Source of the DNA: Eledone cirrhosa
Lineage: Eukaryota
NCBI GenBank assembly: GCA_964016885.1
Contig: OZ024745.1
Span: 132,804,001 to 132,868,000 of the forward strand
Direction: 5' to 3'
DNA: 64,000 nt
In this document: positions 26,957-40,604 of the stretch, piece by piece
Numbering within the stretch: the first letter of the stretch is position 1
Layout: each line of letters opens with the position of its first letter
Notes under the pieces: generated by a model
What the model was told of the DNA's origin: nothing
The model's database searches: none
Seen by the model: only the letters and a program-made list of their open reading frames with translations
Program-made: the position numbers and the translations under genes

Positions 26957-27204
26957 TTATTATTCTTGCTTTTATTCTTGACATTTTCCATGTCCCTATA
27001 AATATAGAGCACTGTATCATGTACACAAATCAGTATTCTGGTGGTTTGGTCGGGTATCAATTGTAATTAAAATGAAGTGACGTAACATCTTACAAACAGC
27101 GGTTTTCAGACTCACCAGACTAATCACACATTTGTTAATACTTTGAATTAAACCTATTCTACAGCTGATCCATGTTATTCTCTACTTATTTACTATATAT
27201 ATAT

Positions 27205-27420
27205 ATATAGTAATAATAATAAATTTGAAGACTAAAATTCAAAGTGGGCTCGATAAGGATAAATATATATCAAATATATAAGAACCGTAGAGCAAATATT
27301 TATTAAAATAACAGATTAAAGTTTAAGCAAAGAATCGCTGCTTTCACCCTTGAGATCTTGTTAAGGATGAAAGCAAGCGATTATTTGCTTAAACTTTAAT
27401 CTGTTATTTTAATAAATATA
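27205..27420. mobile_element. Solo pLTR palindrome of the 6495-7855 PLE family (half-HHR on each strand)
   Basis: Arms 27296-27351 and 27363-27419 match the sequence downstream of HHR 7782; 27205-27295 matches 6495-6580. Confidence 0.85.
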
Positions 27421-27656
27421 TATATGCGGTGTCGGGTGTAAGTGTATGTGCTGGTAATGGTTGGATTATGTTGACACAGTGTTTTCATTTCTTACCGATA
27501 CAATGAAGCACTTCACGTCAAACGTCTGTATAGTTTCTATCATTTTTCTATTGAGACAGTTAGACATTTTTGCTTAAATGTTGATAACAAATTTAATTAC
27601 TGAACTCTTATCACTTCGAAACCAATCAAAATATACTCTGGAGAGTACTGTTTTGT

Positions 27657-27889
27657 TATATGTATATCTGTGTGTGTGAATATATATATATATTTGTGGG
27701 TGTGTCTATATATATGTGTATGTATGTATATATATATATATATATATATTTGTGTGTATGTATATATATATACTTATATGTGTTTGTATGTATATATATT
27801 TGTGTGTGTTTGTATATGTATATATATATATATATATCTATATGCGTGAGTGTGTGCGTTTGTATATATATATATATATATATATATAT

Positions 27890-27923
<34 letters not shown>

Positions 27924-27958
27924 TTGAATATATATATATATATGTTTGTTTGTGTGTA
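27657..27958. repeat. Compound (TA)n/(TG)n microsatellite
   Basis: Direct reading. Confidence 0.95.
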
Positions 27959-29459
27959 AACACCCGCTATGTTTGTAAACACCCACTCCTTTTCATATGA
28001 CGTTTTTACTGTTGTTCTAGAATTAATTCATTTTATCAGTCTTCATATATCATTAAAATATAGTCGTATTTAATTTATATATGAGATGGTATTTTTTCAA
28101 ATGTTACATTCTATTTGCAATAAAAAGCTTAATTACAGAAGAGAACCAGCTACAAATTTTAAATAGGAATGATGTATCACTATTTCAGAATATTTTGAAA
28201 TAATAGATATCTTTTCTGCATATCTGAATGTGGAATGTAGTCAGTTTTCGGATCAACGTTTGCTATATCCCTAAACCATTTATGTGAGTCACCAGTAGCC
28301 ACTATTCTGACTACCTTACTTCTATAACGTATGCTATATTGAGAGTACTTGCTTTTTCTTTTTCAGTTTATGCATAACATACCAACAAATTGATCGTAAA
28401 ATTTTGACTAGAACCTACTAAATTATGTACAACTTGAAGGATGCCATTTGAAGATGGGCTTTCACAACTCTCAATAGTAAACTGCAAATGTTTCCTTCCA
28501 GCTATCATTACAGTTTTTATCGCTCCTATTAAAAATGTATTTCATCACTTCTTATTAAGAATTGGATATGTATGAATCACAATAATATGTAATCAAGCTA
28601 AAGTTGTGAATAATTGTTTTCAAATCCATTCCATATCCAATTATTATTGTCGAGAGGACTCACCAGACTGATTAAACTGTTGAATTCACTTTTTAATATA
28701 CGTACAATTTGTTACGGAAATGTGTAACTCAGTTATAAATAGGATAATTTAAAATGTCCATTGTTTGGTTTAGGTTTATTTGTGAAGAGTTTATATCAAT
28801 TCTGATGTACTTATTCATAAAGGAAGTGAACGTGACGTGCACAATATTTAGACTGAAGCTGCACATATTGCTATGAAAATTATCGTAAAATAAATTGTTG
28901 GTACCAATCCTGAACCAACCCGCTACCACATGTAGCCCCAAATATAAATCAACAACTTACTCCGTATATAGCATTGCTAGCTTTCTTTGAAGATTGATCA
29001 CATCAATAACATATACAAACTGCATGCAATTTCATCATTTGGGCACTTTGAAGGAAATTATCTTTAAGTGGAAACATCTGTCAATGTTCAAGTATTCTGA
29101 CAGTCATATATTTATATTGGTAGTGAAAATAATAGTCGACCACTGATCGGCGGATTGTTTTCTGTTGGAGATTATATCATTATACTTCATAGGAACTTTA
29201 GATGATAGAGATAGGTGTGCGACGGACAGAATGGTTCGAAACATTTACATCCACCCATATACGTTCTGAATTTTAATTCGGCAAATTTCAGCTTGGTCTG
29301 TCTTATTTCAGAATCGCTGAAATAGATAACAGCTACGCTTCATAATCGATTCAATCGGCTATTTGTATTTCACAAAATATTTGGATTCGTACGTGTGTGA
29401 GAAATAATTATACCGTTTTATATGTGGATCCCACATGACCTATGTATCTTTGTCTAAGG

Positions 29460-29940
29460 TCTTTATATAATTCCGGCATCCTTCTTAACAGACATGTATG
29501 AGTTGCAAATTTGCGAGGGGTTTCGTTTGTGTTCTCATAGATGTGAAAATGTGATTTTATTTTCTTTTTTCTGTTCTATTCATTCATTGTTCTCTAGCCC
29601 AAACGAAAATCTTGAGTAATAAATTAGTTGTTGTGGAAGATACGTGGTTGGCATGTTCTTGGTTTTATAATCTCTTACGTTCCTCATGATCTGGATTTTT
29701 ATGATTGCAGAGATGAATGTGATCATCTTCCTATTATTCTTCATCACCGCTTTAATTTATTCATCCGATTCCTCTTTTCACTTCACGTGAGATAATCGTC
29801 TGATATGTGTCTCCCTGTTTTTTTTAGAAAGAAGGGTGGTATTCACCCGGTCTTATTTAGTCAATGGATGCTACGTTCCTTCGTTATTTCTTTAATTTCT
29901 TGTATTGATCTTATTTTCCTTCTTTAACTATAGGTCCTAT
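29460..29940 (-). pseudogene. Very decayed RTE-like RT relic
   Basis: KQGD-like motif on the - strand at ~29810; otherwise only compositional resemblance. Confidence 0.3.
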
Positions 29941-30681
29941 CTGACTTAATAACGATTAGAAATCAAATAATTATAAATTGTTTTAAATACAACATAGACA
30001 ACAGTAATATATCTGATAGCAATACTATTCAATAACACATGTATTAATCATATTATTTAAGAGTCGGGGCATATTGTTTTCTCTGTCCAGTCGGGACACT
30101 GTTTGTATGAGGGCAGATGTTGCTGGCGACCACACTGAAAACGAAATGTTTGATCAGAAAAAGGCAGTTGTTCTTCCAGATTTATCATTAGTTCTCTGCA
30201 TCAGCGAATAATGATTTGTTTGTACAGGGGCAGTGAGTGGTGCTGCAGAGTAAGATTCTCGCCGCTGAGGCTTTTTAACATGATGTTATATATGTGTCTG
30301 GATATTTAAGATAGTCAGATAGAGGAACACCACGTTGGAAAAAAATATATAATTTAGTATAATCATCGTACGAGAAAAAACTAGGCAATAATTGTTAAAA
30401 TTCGAAGAAACATTTATCATACAAAGGATCTCTAGAACGTGTTCCATTGCAGTTATACAATCGCCTAGGAAAGCTGAATTCTTGCAAAATTCATAGCTTA
30501 ATATATTGCAACGCCTACGTTAAACCTGCATCCCATCAGAGAAGTTAACTTTGTATCATCTAGATATTTATATTACACAACTCCATCGGCCGCATCGAGC
30601 TCGATAAACTGGTAATCTCTCGGTTCCTTTTTTGTTACGCATGCTCTCTTTACATAAAACTTGAATTAGCCTACATAAAAC

Positions 30682-30768
<87 letters not shown>

Positions 30769-32682
30769 TATGTGACATACATTTGATAATATCAAAGGAG
30801 ATCCTGAAGCCATGATTCCTAATAATTGTTATTGTTATGACATTGAAGAATTTCGTTATGTTACATCGCTCTTCGTGGTAAATGGCAAATGCTCTGCAAT
30901 ACAAAATCCTTCATATTTATACTGATTGTATTTTAACGATGTTGGAGAAGAGAAGATGCCTCTGTATGTATTCGGACCTATTTTTTATGTTTCATTTATG
31001 AAGGTTCTAATGAAAGCAAATCGAATTCGGGTGTGACATACACATTATTGAGGGTTTTGGATTAGTGATGTCCTTCCAATATTGTTTATCGAATGTAGAT
31101 GTTTGGTAAAGAAAACCGAATGATAATGTAGGCTAGAATATAATAAAAAAGAATGGCTTAATTTAACTATATGTAATAGATTTTTAATGTCTTGGTGTCT
31201 TCTGACATTTTCTATATTGTTAATCTGTGTGAGATCTCATATTAATTTCGTTGAGAAACAAATAATGTAGCCTCATTCATAACAAGTGAAATCAGTTTAA
31301 TTTCACATTACTTCAAAATACTAAGTTTTGAAGAAAATTCAAACACTATATGGAGTTAAATTACACGTAAAAGTGTCGAAGGAATTAAATTATGCCCAAG
31401 TAATAATAATGTTGCAAAGAATACAAAGGTTGCTGCTACGAAATTTTCAGGTATTAAGATGAGTTGATTTCTTGTATCATTTAATAACATATAAATATTT
31501 TTGTGCAAAATTAAATTAAATCATAACGCTTATAAAATATAGATAATTGTGTAGAAATGGAAGGTAGTGTAAATTACGGAAATATTTGTAAGAGAAGAGA
31601 CATAGCAGGTGCACTAGAAAAGTGCAAGGTATAATCATTAAATTGCACTTCATTTAATACTTATAAAACTAACTCTCGAATTTTTATTTGAAGTATTTTA
31701 TTTCAGGAATAATTATCATAGAGCTTTCACATGTGATGTCAAATATCATATGGGACATATATATATATGTGCGATTGTGTGGGCGTGCTTGTGTTTTGCC
31801 ATGTACGATTAACTAAACTTTTGTAATGCTTAAATGAAAACTTCTGAAAGCATTAAACATATATAAAATATTATTCAATCTAGTCAGTAAACTTAGATGC
31901 TTAGTTTAGTGAATAATAATGATTTCTTTATTTCTTTATTTATTATTTATTTATTTATTATTTAGTGAATAATAATGACGACGATTGTATTAGCAATAAA
32001 CTGTACCATATTATTAAGATAAAATTTACGTTATGTGTTTAGACACATAAACAATGTATGGAACATATAATTTCATTAATGGAAAATATTTGTCATATTT
32101 ATGAAACATTTGAAGTTGTAAAGGCTGTTGATGCCAATACTTTGTCGGCGTCTATTATGTATACTATAAAATGCCACCTATATCGCTATTAATCGGGTAT
32201 ACTGTCTTTCTCATCTAACTAATTCATGTTTTATACAGAATTATAAGTGCCATCTTCATTAGAAAATTAACTAGTGATGTATGAACTAAAATCGGAAATC
32301 AAATCATTTAAAGCAAGACCAAAACAACATTTGACACAGCGTGTAAATGTTCTATTTAATACAGGTGGATAGCGTTTCAATGAACGGATTGAATTAGCAG
32401 ATGAAACCATATGCGTGACAAATATAGAGACCTAGATAACAAATGAACTTACGCTGGATAAAGATGATAGGCTAGGTAAAGAATTTTGCAGGTTTGTCTT
32501 AATAAGTCGGGCATAGAACGTAAATGATTGAAAGCCACGCATGAGTAAAGTAAAACAAACTATGGTAATGAACATTCAACATTAAGTGCACATTTTGCAG
32601 TATTATGCCATGCCTTAGCTGGATTAATGTCTGTAATTACGACAAATTTGGGTCTTCCGCTAAAGTATAGTATAGTAATCCT

Positions 32683-32834
<152 letters not shown>

Positions 32835-32860
32835 TATATATATAAGTTTTAATATATATG

Positions 32861-32911
32861 AGATTCTACAGGACTAGAACTGTTTCATTCTTTAGAAATC
32901 ATCAGGAATCT
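32861..32911 (-). ncRNA. Type I hammerhead ribozyme, intact core
   Basis: agattc-CTGATGA-t-ttc-taaa-gaa-t-GAAA-cag-ttctagtc-ctg-TA-gaatct. Confidence 0.88.
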
Positions 32912-33475
32912 GGGTATCAAAAAATAAGTATGGTATTTATAGGTCTCTTCAAGTGGTAGGAGAAGGTAGGGAGTGAGATGGGTGTAGGTCATTGGTTGAT
33001 AGAAAAGGGATTTCATTAAAAGCTAATTCTTCAAAGCTATAGTTTATTTTTAGAGTAACAAAGGCAGAAAGAATTCTATAAACAAGTTCAGAATGGGGTG
33101 CCACTCCTTATTTTTAAGTTTCTCTTAAGCTAACAGGTGTCTATAAGATGAGTGGGGGTCAGTCATGGTTGATGGATTTAAAGGAAAGGGAGTTTCTTTA
33201 AATCCTTTAAATCCATCAACCATGACTGACCCCCACTCATCTTATAGACACCTGTTAGCTTAAGAGAAACTTAAAAATAAGGAGTGGCACCCCATCCTGA
33301 ACTTGTTTATAGAATTCTTTCTGCCTTTGTTACTCTAAAAATAAACTATACTTTGAAGAATTAGCTTTTAATGAATTCCCTTTTCTATCAAGCAATGACC
33401 TACATCCATCCCACTCCCTACCCTCTCCTACGTCTTGAAGAGACCTATAAATACCATACTTATTTTTTGATACCC

Positions 33476-33526
33476 AGATTCCTGATGATTTGTAAAGAAT
33501 GAAACAGTTCTAGTCCTGTAGAATCT
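33476..33526 (+). ncRNA. Type I hammerhead ribozyme, mirror copy with a stem II mismatch
   Basis: agattc-CTGATGA-tttg-taaa-gaat-GAAA-cag-ttctagtc-ctg-TA-gaatct. Confidence 0.85.
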
Positions 33527-33770
33527 CATCTATATTAAAACATGCTTGACTCTCCAATGTATTGAGTACCTTACTTACTGTGGTTACCTCCGATTCAACC
33601 CGGAATAACGTATATATATATATATATATATATTAGAAAGTGAGAGTTTTTTTTACAAAATGAAAAATAACCGAGGTGTCCTACACGAGTGAAAGTATAA
33701 AGAAAAAAAATGAAATCGAAAGTGCAACTGGAGTCTTATTTTAAAAATAATATATATATTTATTTGGTTC

Positions 33771-33806
33771 CTTTACCGGTTTCGCAGCTCTTCTGCTTTT
33801 CAAAAG
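33771..33806 (-). ncRNA. Minimal hammerhead, U3-A8 core variant
   Basis: ctt-TTGAAAA-gcag-aagag-ctgc-GAAA-ccgg-TA-aag. Confidence 0.75.
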
Positions 33807-33878
33807 TAGAGTTGAGATGGAGGGTCTGTGGTTTCTTTCACATGTGAGAAAAACCACAGACCCTCCATCTCAACTCTA

Positions 33879-33914
33879 CTTTTGAGAAGCAGAAGAACTG
33901 CGAAACCGGTAAAG
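33879..33914 (+). ncRNA. Minimal hammerhead, U3-A8 core variant
   Basis: ctt-TTGAGAA-gcag-aagaa-ctgc-GAAA-ccgg-TA-aag. Confidence 0.75.
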
Positions 33915-34029
33915 GACCCAAATAAATATATATATTTTTTTTAAAAATAAGACTCCAGTTGCATTTTCGATTTCATCTTTTTTTTCTTTATACTTTCACT
34001 CGTGTAGGACACCTCGGCTATTTTTTATT

Positions 34030-34490
34030 AGCAAAAGAAAATGCTGACAAATTTTTCCCAGTGAAAAATAGTTTAATTAGGAATAAGTATAAATTAGTAA
34101 TAAGTATTGGTTAGTATTCAGTTTTAGTTTTAAGTTTCTACCGGTTGCGCATTTCTAATGCTTTTCAAAAATAATTTTGAGATAGAGCGCCCGTGATGTT
34201 TGCTCGAATCTGATCAGTTTTGGAAATTCTTCCTGTTTTATGTGAAAAAGGTGGCTCCAGAGGTATTAAGATTTGGTTGGTTGTTGAATGTCACGTAAAT
34301 GAGTACTATAAATTTCGCGCCAATTCCTGTTGCAAAAATTCTTGTAGTCAAAACAATTTTGATTGGTCGGCAGAGGTCACGGGAATGTTAAAAATTGATT
34401 TTGCGCCCAATGTAGGTTTGCCGAAGTGTGTTCTTTTTCGCCTGATTGAGAAGTCACCGACTTCTCAATCAGGCGAAAAAGGACACACGT
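34030..34490 (-). mobile_element. PLE 3' remnant ending in a 30-bp hairpin
   Basis: HHR-like motif at 34135; weak GIY-YIG-like C-terminus (..QPNLN) on the - strand; hairpin arms 34426-34455 and 34459-34488. Confidence 0.55.
34135..34171 (-). ncRNA. Degenerate hammerhead, U3-A8 variant (GAAA mutated to GCAA)
   Basis: ttt-TTGAAAA-gcatt-aga-aatgc-GCAA-ccgg-TA-gaaa. Confidence 0.6.
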
Positions 34491-34491
34491 A

Positions 34492-34527
<36 letters not shown>

Positions 34528-34725
34528 TTTTGAATGAGGAATGTTCTAACAACTGACCAATGAGAGGAGAAGAGGCCCCTTGACACTGAAATTCGTTTGT
34601 TTGAATTCATATGATTCCAGTTCGTCAGTGAAATAACAACCCAACCAGGGACTGGGCATATCAGAGTATTGACACGGTTATACACCTCAACAACATATGT
34701 ACTTGTCTATACCACACTAATTCGG

Positions 34726-34780
34726 ACTGCCTGAAGAGGTCACAAGCAAAGATGGCTGTCACCGAAATATATATAGCAGT
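34726..34780 (+). ncRNA. Type I hammerhead, intact core, palindromic stem III, in a solo pLTR (~34525-34925)
   Basis: actgc-CTGAAGA-ggt-[20 nt]-acc-GAAA-tatata-TA-gcagt, followed immediately by AATAAA. Confidence 0.9.
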
Positions 34781-34963
34781 AATAAACGAAGCTAAATTTT
34801 AAATATTTGACTTATTTATTTCATTTTATTTTATTTTACATTACTCCGGAGTAACCAAACCAACCTGCGCACTTCGTCGAGTGCTCCAATCTGCATACTG
34901 AGGTTTGGTATACAACCAACATATACTCAAAATCTCTCTCTCTATATATATATTTATTAGGTT

Positions 34964-37086
34964 ATGCAAGAAATGCTTAGGGTTATCCTAAATGCAGTCA
35001 TTCACTACGAAGCATACAAAGTAGTGAAGAATCTCAAGATAGACGATAGAACCGAGCCGATTATACCCGCAACCCCCACATTTAACCTGAAGGACCATAA
35101 GGTAAATTTTGACTCTAACCCTAAGATTAGACTTATATGCCCTTCTAAATCAGACATAGAAAAAATTAGCAAACATATACTTGACAGGGTAATAACTCAA
35201 TTGAAAAAGAAAATAGAAATTAAATTATGAAGCAACACTAGCGAAGCAATTCGCTGGTTTAATAACGTTAAGAACAAGAGTAAGTCTAAGTTTACACAAT
35301 TCGACATTGACAAATACTACTCTTCAATCTCACCCAGTACTGTACGTATGGCCCTATCGTTTGCCAAAGTCAATTCCGAGCTAACACAGGACGAAATTAA
35401 TATTATTCTAGAGGCTAGGAAAACTATTATCAAGTTTGATAACTGCTACTTGGAACGTAGGGACAGACCCACAAACTTCGACATCACCATGGGCTCTAAC
35501 GACCCAGCGGAGGTCACGGATATTGTGGGAATTTACATAGCCCACATACTACATGGAAAATTTAGTAATCTACAGGAGGCAATATACAGAGATGACGCGC
35601 TTGTATTAGTTAATAACTTAAATAACCAAAATCTTGAAAGGCTACGGAAAAGCATTAGAAATTCTTTTAGTGAACTGAGTCTAAAAATAACGTACGAATA
35701 CAATCTTAAAGTGGTAAATTTCCTTGACGTAACTCTTAATTTGAATACTGGACTGATACGACCTTTCCACAAGATAAATGAGAACCTTACTTATATTAAC
35801 TTTAATTCGAATCACCCACTTTCCATGATCAAATCGGTTCCCCGTAGTATTTCTCTCAGAATCTCTCGCCTATCGTCTAACTCTGAGATTTTCAGTGAAC
35901 ATGCTGAATACTATAATAACGCATTAAGAAATGCAGACCACAGGGATAAAACAGAATACATTGATAAGAATCTCCATAACACACAGCTGCACGCGCAATC
36001 AAAGAATATATAACTGGGGTACAGAAATACAAGCGCACACATACAGTACCACCAGACATACTAATAGAAAATCATCACCATATAAATCACGTTGTAGAAA
36101 GTAGAGGCGGCTATTACACAACCCACCTGAACTGTTATCCCAACCTATCCATGGTATATCTGCTACCCACAACAAAAACTGCAACTGCCACCTACCCGAA
36201 CGATGCCCATTGAAGAACAAATGCCTAGAGTCCAACATTGTTTATCAATGCACCGTTGAATCGAACCACCAGAAAGGGTATTACATTGGGTCTACCACTA
36301 CCTCCTTTAAATCTCGCTGGTATCGTCATCGATTTTTGATTTAGCATCCTAAACACCGTCTTGTGACTACGCTCGCCAATAAGACCTGGCAACTCCGAGA
36401 ATGCAACCGGCAGTTTACTTTGCAATGGGATACACTATCCAGCGCTAGTGCATATCGGAGTGGATTGAAGTACTGCATATTATGCAACCTTGAACTCTTT
36501 TATATCTTAAAATCCCAAAACAAATTACTAAATAACAGAATCGAACGATCGTTATACTGCAACCACAAACTGAAGGCTAAATTCTCTCACTATAAAATAA
36601 CTTAACATTTGAACCCGAGACTGGAACGTCGCTTTCTCGCTAACTAATTCCTCTCAATAACTACTTCCTAACTATATCCCTCACCCCCACACTGCAAGCC
36701 AATACCCTGATTATCATTATAAATGGGTACTTGAGTGCGATTTGCAGACTACAATTATGAACTCGATGTACCCCCATCTCGTAGCCTTCGTCTGTCTCCT
36801 CTCTATATCTCTTTCTTTGTCTCTCTACCTTCCCCTCTCTCTCTCCCTCTCTCTCTCTCTCACTCTCTCTATCTATCTCTATCTGTCTCTCGGTCTACCT
36901 CACTCCCTCTCCACATCTATGAACCTGCTCTCTGTGGCAATAAATAATCCGAATCTTGACCACATCAACACAATGCCTAAGGGCTGTCACCTTGAGTATA
37001 AACAGTAAAATAAAGCCCTTACCACAACATTTTGATTAAGCTATGTGTATTCTTCAAACCACTCTCTCCCACTTCTCCAACCCCTA

Positions 37087-37174
<88 letters not shown>

Positions 37175-37420
37175 CTTCTTTCTCTCTTCCTTTCTCCAAT
37201 AACTTCCTTTAAGGAATACAAGGGTATTTACATTTAACCATTCTGCTCTGAGGAAATGGTAGTCGCAGCATTTGAAAATTGAGTTTCTGCAATCAAATAA
37301 TTATTAATTATCAATTGCACATAGCATGACTTGGCTGTATAACTACGGTTGAAACATTTGTAAGCACTCTGGATAAATTACCTTTTTATGATGTCTACCT
37401 GTTCTTATTCATTCTTTATA
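34964..37420 (+). mobile_element. Naiad-type Penelope-like retroelement, 5'-truncated RT plus GIY-YIG pseudogene
   Basis: LKDHK.NF..RLICPSKS, FDI..YYSSI, FDITMGS, YRDD, FLDVTL; linker CNC-x5-CPL-x3-C, IVYQC..YYIG, CILCNLE..LLN..C.H; HHR in the 3' end. Confidence 0.92.
37244..37366 (+). ncRNA. Type I hammerhead with a ~96-nt stem II domain
   Basis: tgct-CTGAGGA-aatggtagt...actacggtt-GAAA-catttg-TA-agca. Confidence 0.75.
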
Positions 37421-37454
37421 TATATATATTTATATATATATATATATATATAAG

Positions 37455-37718
<264 letters not shown>

Positions 37719-39296
37719 TTCCACCGCACTGCATCGGCGTTCTCATGCTTTATCATATATCTCAGAATGATTCATGAAGAATATGCTGCTTCAACATACA
37801 CACATACACCCAGGCATGCATACATACATACACACGCGTGTTCCTGTCTGCGTGTGAGTGTATGTGTTGAATGAAAAAAATAATAATTGAAATAAGTTAT
37901 TTTGTTCTCAATTCTACTTGATATACACGTCAATCCTGCAAGCGAGTTTTATATTGCAAGAAGAGTTATATAACTATAATTGTATAGAAGCAAGCGTATG
38001 AATTATAAAGTGTCATACAATAAAGTATAATTTATTATCTAAAAGGGAATGATGAAAGGAGTGTGTTTAGGAATCGATGTGCACTTAGTGGATTTAATTA
38101 TAGCTGGCACATTATTGAATTTACGTTTTAGAGATATGTAATTAAAATTGCAATAATAAATATTGTTGTGATTCTTGATAAGACGAAAGTTTTATTAGGT
38201 TTTAATAGCCATAGTAAGACATTTCTTCATATACATTTCATCATATTACATATAACAGTGTGAAGACAGTATTATTAATAGCAACATGTTAGCGTTGAAT
38301 ATATGTTAAATATGTGGGAGAGCAACAAAAGTGGCGTTATTGTATTGGACACCTATGAGATCGGTAAGGTTTAGGAAATATGTCCGATGTGTCGTTACAT
38401 GATTATATTGGCAGCAGACACAAACCAATTCTGAGATCAAGGATGTGGCTGTTTAAAGAAACGGCAGCGGTAACATCTCTTGGATGGTGTATATCGAAGG
38501 TAAAATATTCGGGCTCTTCTCAATAAGCATGTTCTACAGTTATATTGTGTAGTCGCTTTAAAAGAAGAACATATTGATAAATGTCATTTATATTTCGATT
38601 AATTATATAAAGCACTCATTAGATATATATGGAAAAATTATTATATTCTCAAATATTTTCGAAGTTCTAGATAAAGTTTGTGGGCACATCGGTAGTGAAC
38701 AATGGGTGATCAATGGAAGAGATAATTATGAAAATATTAAAACCATACACACAATTTAAATGGCATTTAAATTTGACCCCAAACCATAAAGTATGTCCTC
38801 TAGCCTGAATACAATTTGCATATATACAATTAAATGAAGCCTAAAGCGATCTGAGCTTGAACTGGTAGCATATAATTGACAGTTAGAATGTCTGGCGTCG
38901 TATTATACTGTGTCTGTTAACTGTCACGTAATGTCTTTTGTGCACGAAAGCATAATTCTTATCTTTTCTTCGAAATCTGAAGAGTGATAGTTAAATCAAT
39001 TTTAAAGTTAAACCGCAGACCAGCAAACTGACGAAAAACCTGTGATAGAAACTTCCTATCAGTCATGAAGATGGGGGAAAGCTTTCGTAAGTTAAAGATT
39101 AAAATTCTCATTCTCAACATTTCTTATGTAATTATATAAACTTGAAAACTTGAGCTATTTCAACATTAGAAAGTATTTTACTCTAGTATAATGGAAACGT
39201 TTGAATATATGAATATATTATATTGATTGCTTCTATAACCATTGAAAAGGTGGCTGATTACATGCTAGAGAACTTAAATGAGTACTTAAATAAACT

Positions 39297-39740
39297 CTTC
39301 TTCTTCTTCTTCTTCTTCTTCTTCTTCTTCTTCTTCTTCTTCTTCTTCTTCTTCTTCTTCTTCTTCTTCTTCTTCTTCTTCTTCTACATATTCCTGAGAG
39401 GGGGTGGTGAGGGCAAAATCTTCAAACACTCCTTCCAGTGGTCCCTGTAAAGAAAGAAGCATCCATCTCCATCTGATCTGGCTGGATCCCCAATTGTCAT
39501 CCAACCATCTTGCTCGGGGTCTACTCCTGGGTCTTATGCCGATTGGTGTTGGCCGTAAAATCGGCCAGAGATTCTTTCCTGAGATATTCTAACCATATGA
39601 CCATAATATCGGAGCTGTGATCGTTCAATTCCGAGAAGTAGCGGCTCTACTCTCTGACGTTTGAGCTACGCACCTATCGAGCAAAGTTACTCCAACATCC
39701 CTCCTGAAGAACCCCATTCCAGCCACTTGTTCTCGTGATA
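39297..39740 (-). mobile_element. RTE-clade LINE 3' fragment with (GAA)n tail
   Basis: Minus strand IERSQLRYYGHMVR and RPRSRPRARWLDD; (TTC)n at 39297-39385. Confidence 0.8.
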
Positions 39741-40349
39741 AAGAATACTATCGTAAATATGTTAGTTACGTTATTTTAATGAAATATCAACATATAGGAG
39801 ATGAATCAGCTAACCCTAGAGGACTGTTTTAAAAAGATGCAGCAATAAGAAACAAAATATTCGTCGCATCAGATTATGAAATGTAATATTCTTACACCAT
39901 TGCACATCTATTAAAAAGCTGTTTTGTGAGTAATAGTATAATATGTTTCCAGCAGAGAGTCGGTGATATAAAACCTTAAAAGTAAGGAGTCTACTATGGG
40001 AATACATAACAATATCTATTAATACAGCCTATATTAATAAAAGGTATTTACCAAATTCGTATTCCCATATCGATTTAATATAAAATGATAAGTACTTATA
40101 AAAGAAGGCTGAGAATTGAATGACTAATAATAGATTTACATGAATCGAAATTATTCATAAGCCATATGATTAGTTAAAATAGATGTATGTCTTGTTTATT
40201 GTGATAACTGTACACTTTATTAAAAACCAGTGAAACAGAGCTAGGCAGATACACTAGACATTAATACAGTGGTAGTTGATCGTTAGATCAGGGATTTATG
40301 ACATTTTTGTTCAGAATAATCAAAGGTTTGCGTACATTAAGTCCCCCCC

Positions 40350-40602
<253 letters not shown>

Positions 40603-40604
40603 TG

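Larger units (their letters stand above)
32846..33610. mobile_element. ~700-bp fold-back PLE pLTR element in (TA)n
   Basis: Arms 32846-33185 and 33203-33541 (~340 bp, few mismatches), 17-bp spacer, unique tail 33542-33610. Confidence 0.92.
33663..34026. mobile_element. ~360-bp fold-back pLTR element
   Basis: ~180-bp arms centred on CACATGTG at ~33843; related fragment at 52060-52120. Confidence 0.9.

Noticed and set aside
34426-34488. Hairpin containing CTGATTGA and GAAA as a ribozyme or terminator
   Set aside because: The box has the wrong spacing and is fully paired within the palindrome; better explained as a PLE 5' fold-back
35228-35230. In-frame TGA in the Naiad RT as selenocysteine
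   Set aside because: It aligns with the expected Trp of the W.NT...I.WF motif rather than a Cys, and the copy has other disabling lesions
39027-39065. CTGACGA...GAAA hammerhead candidate
   Set aside because: No stem II or stem III complementarity
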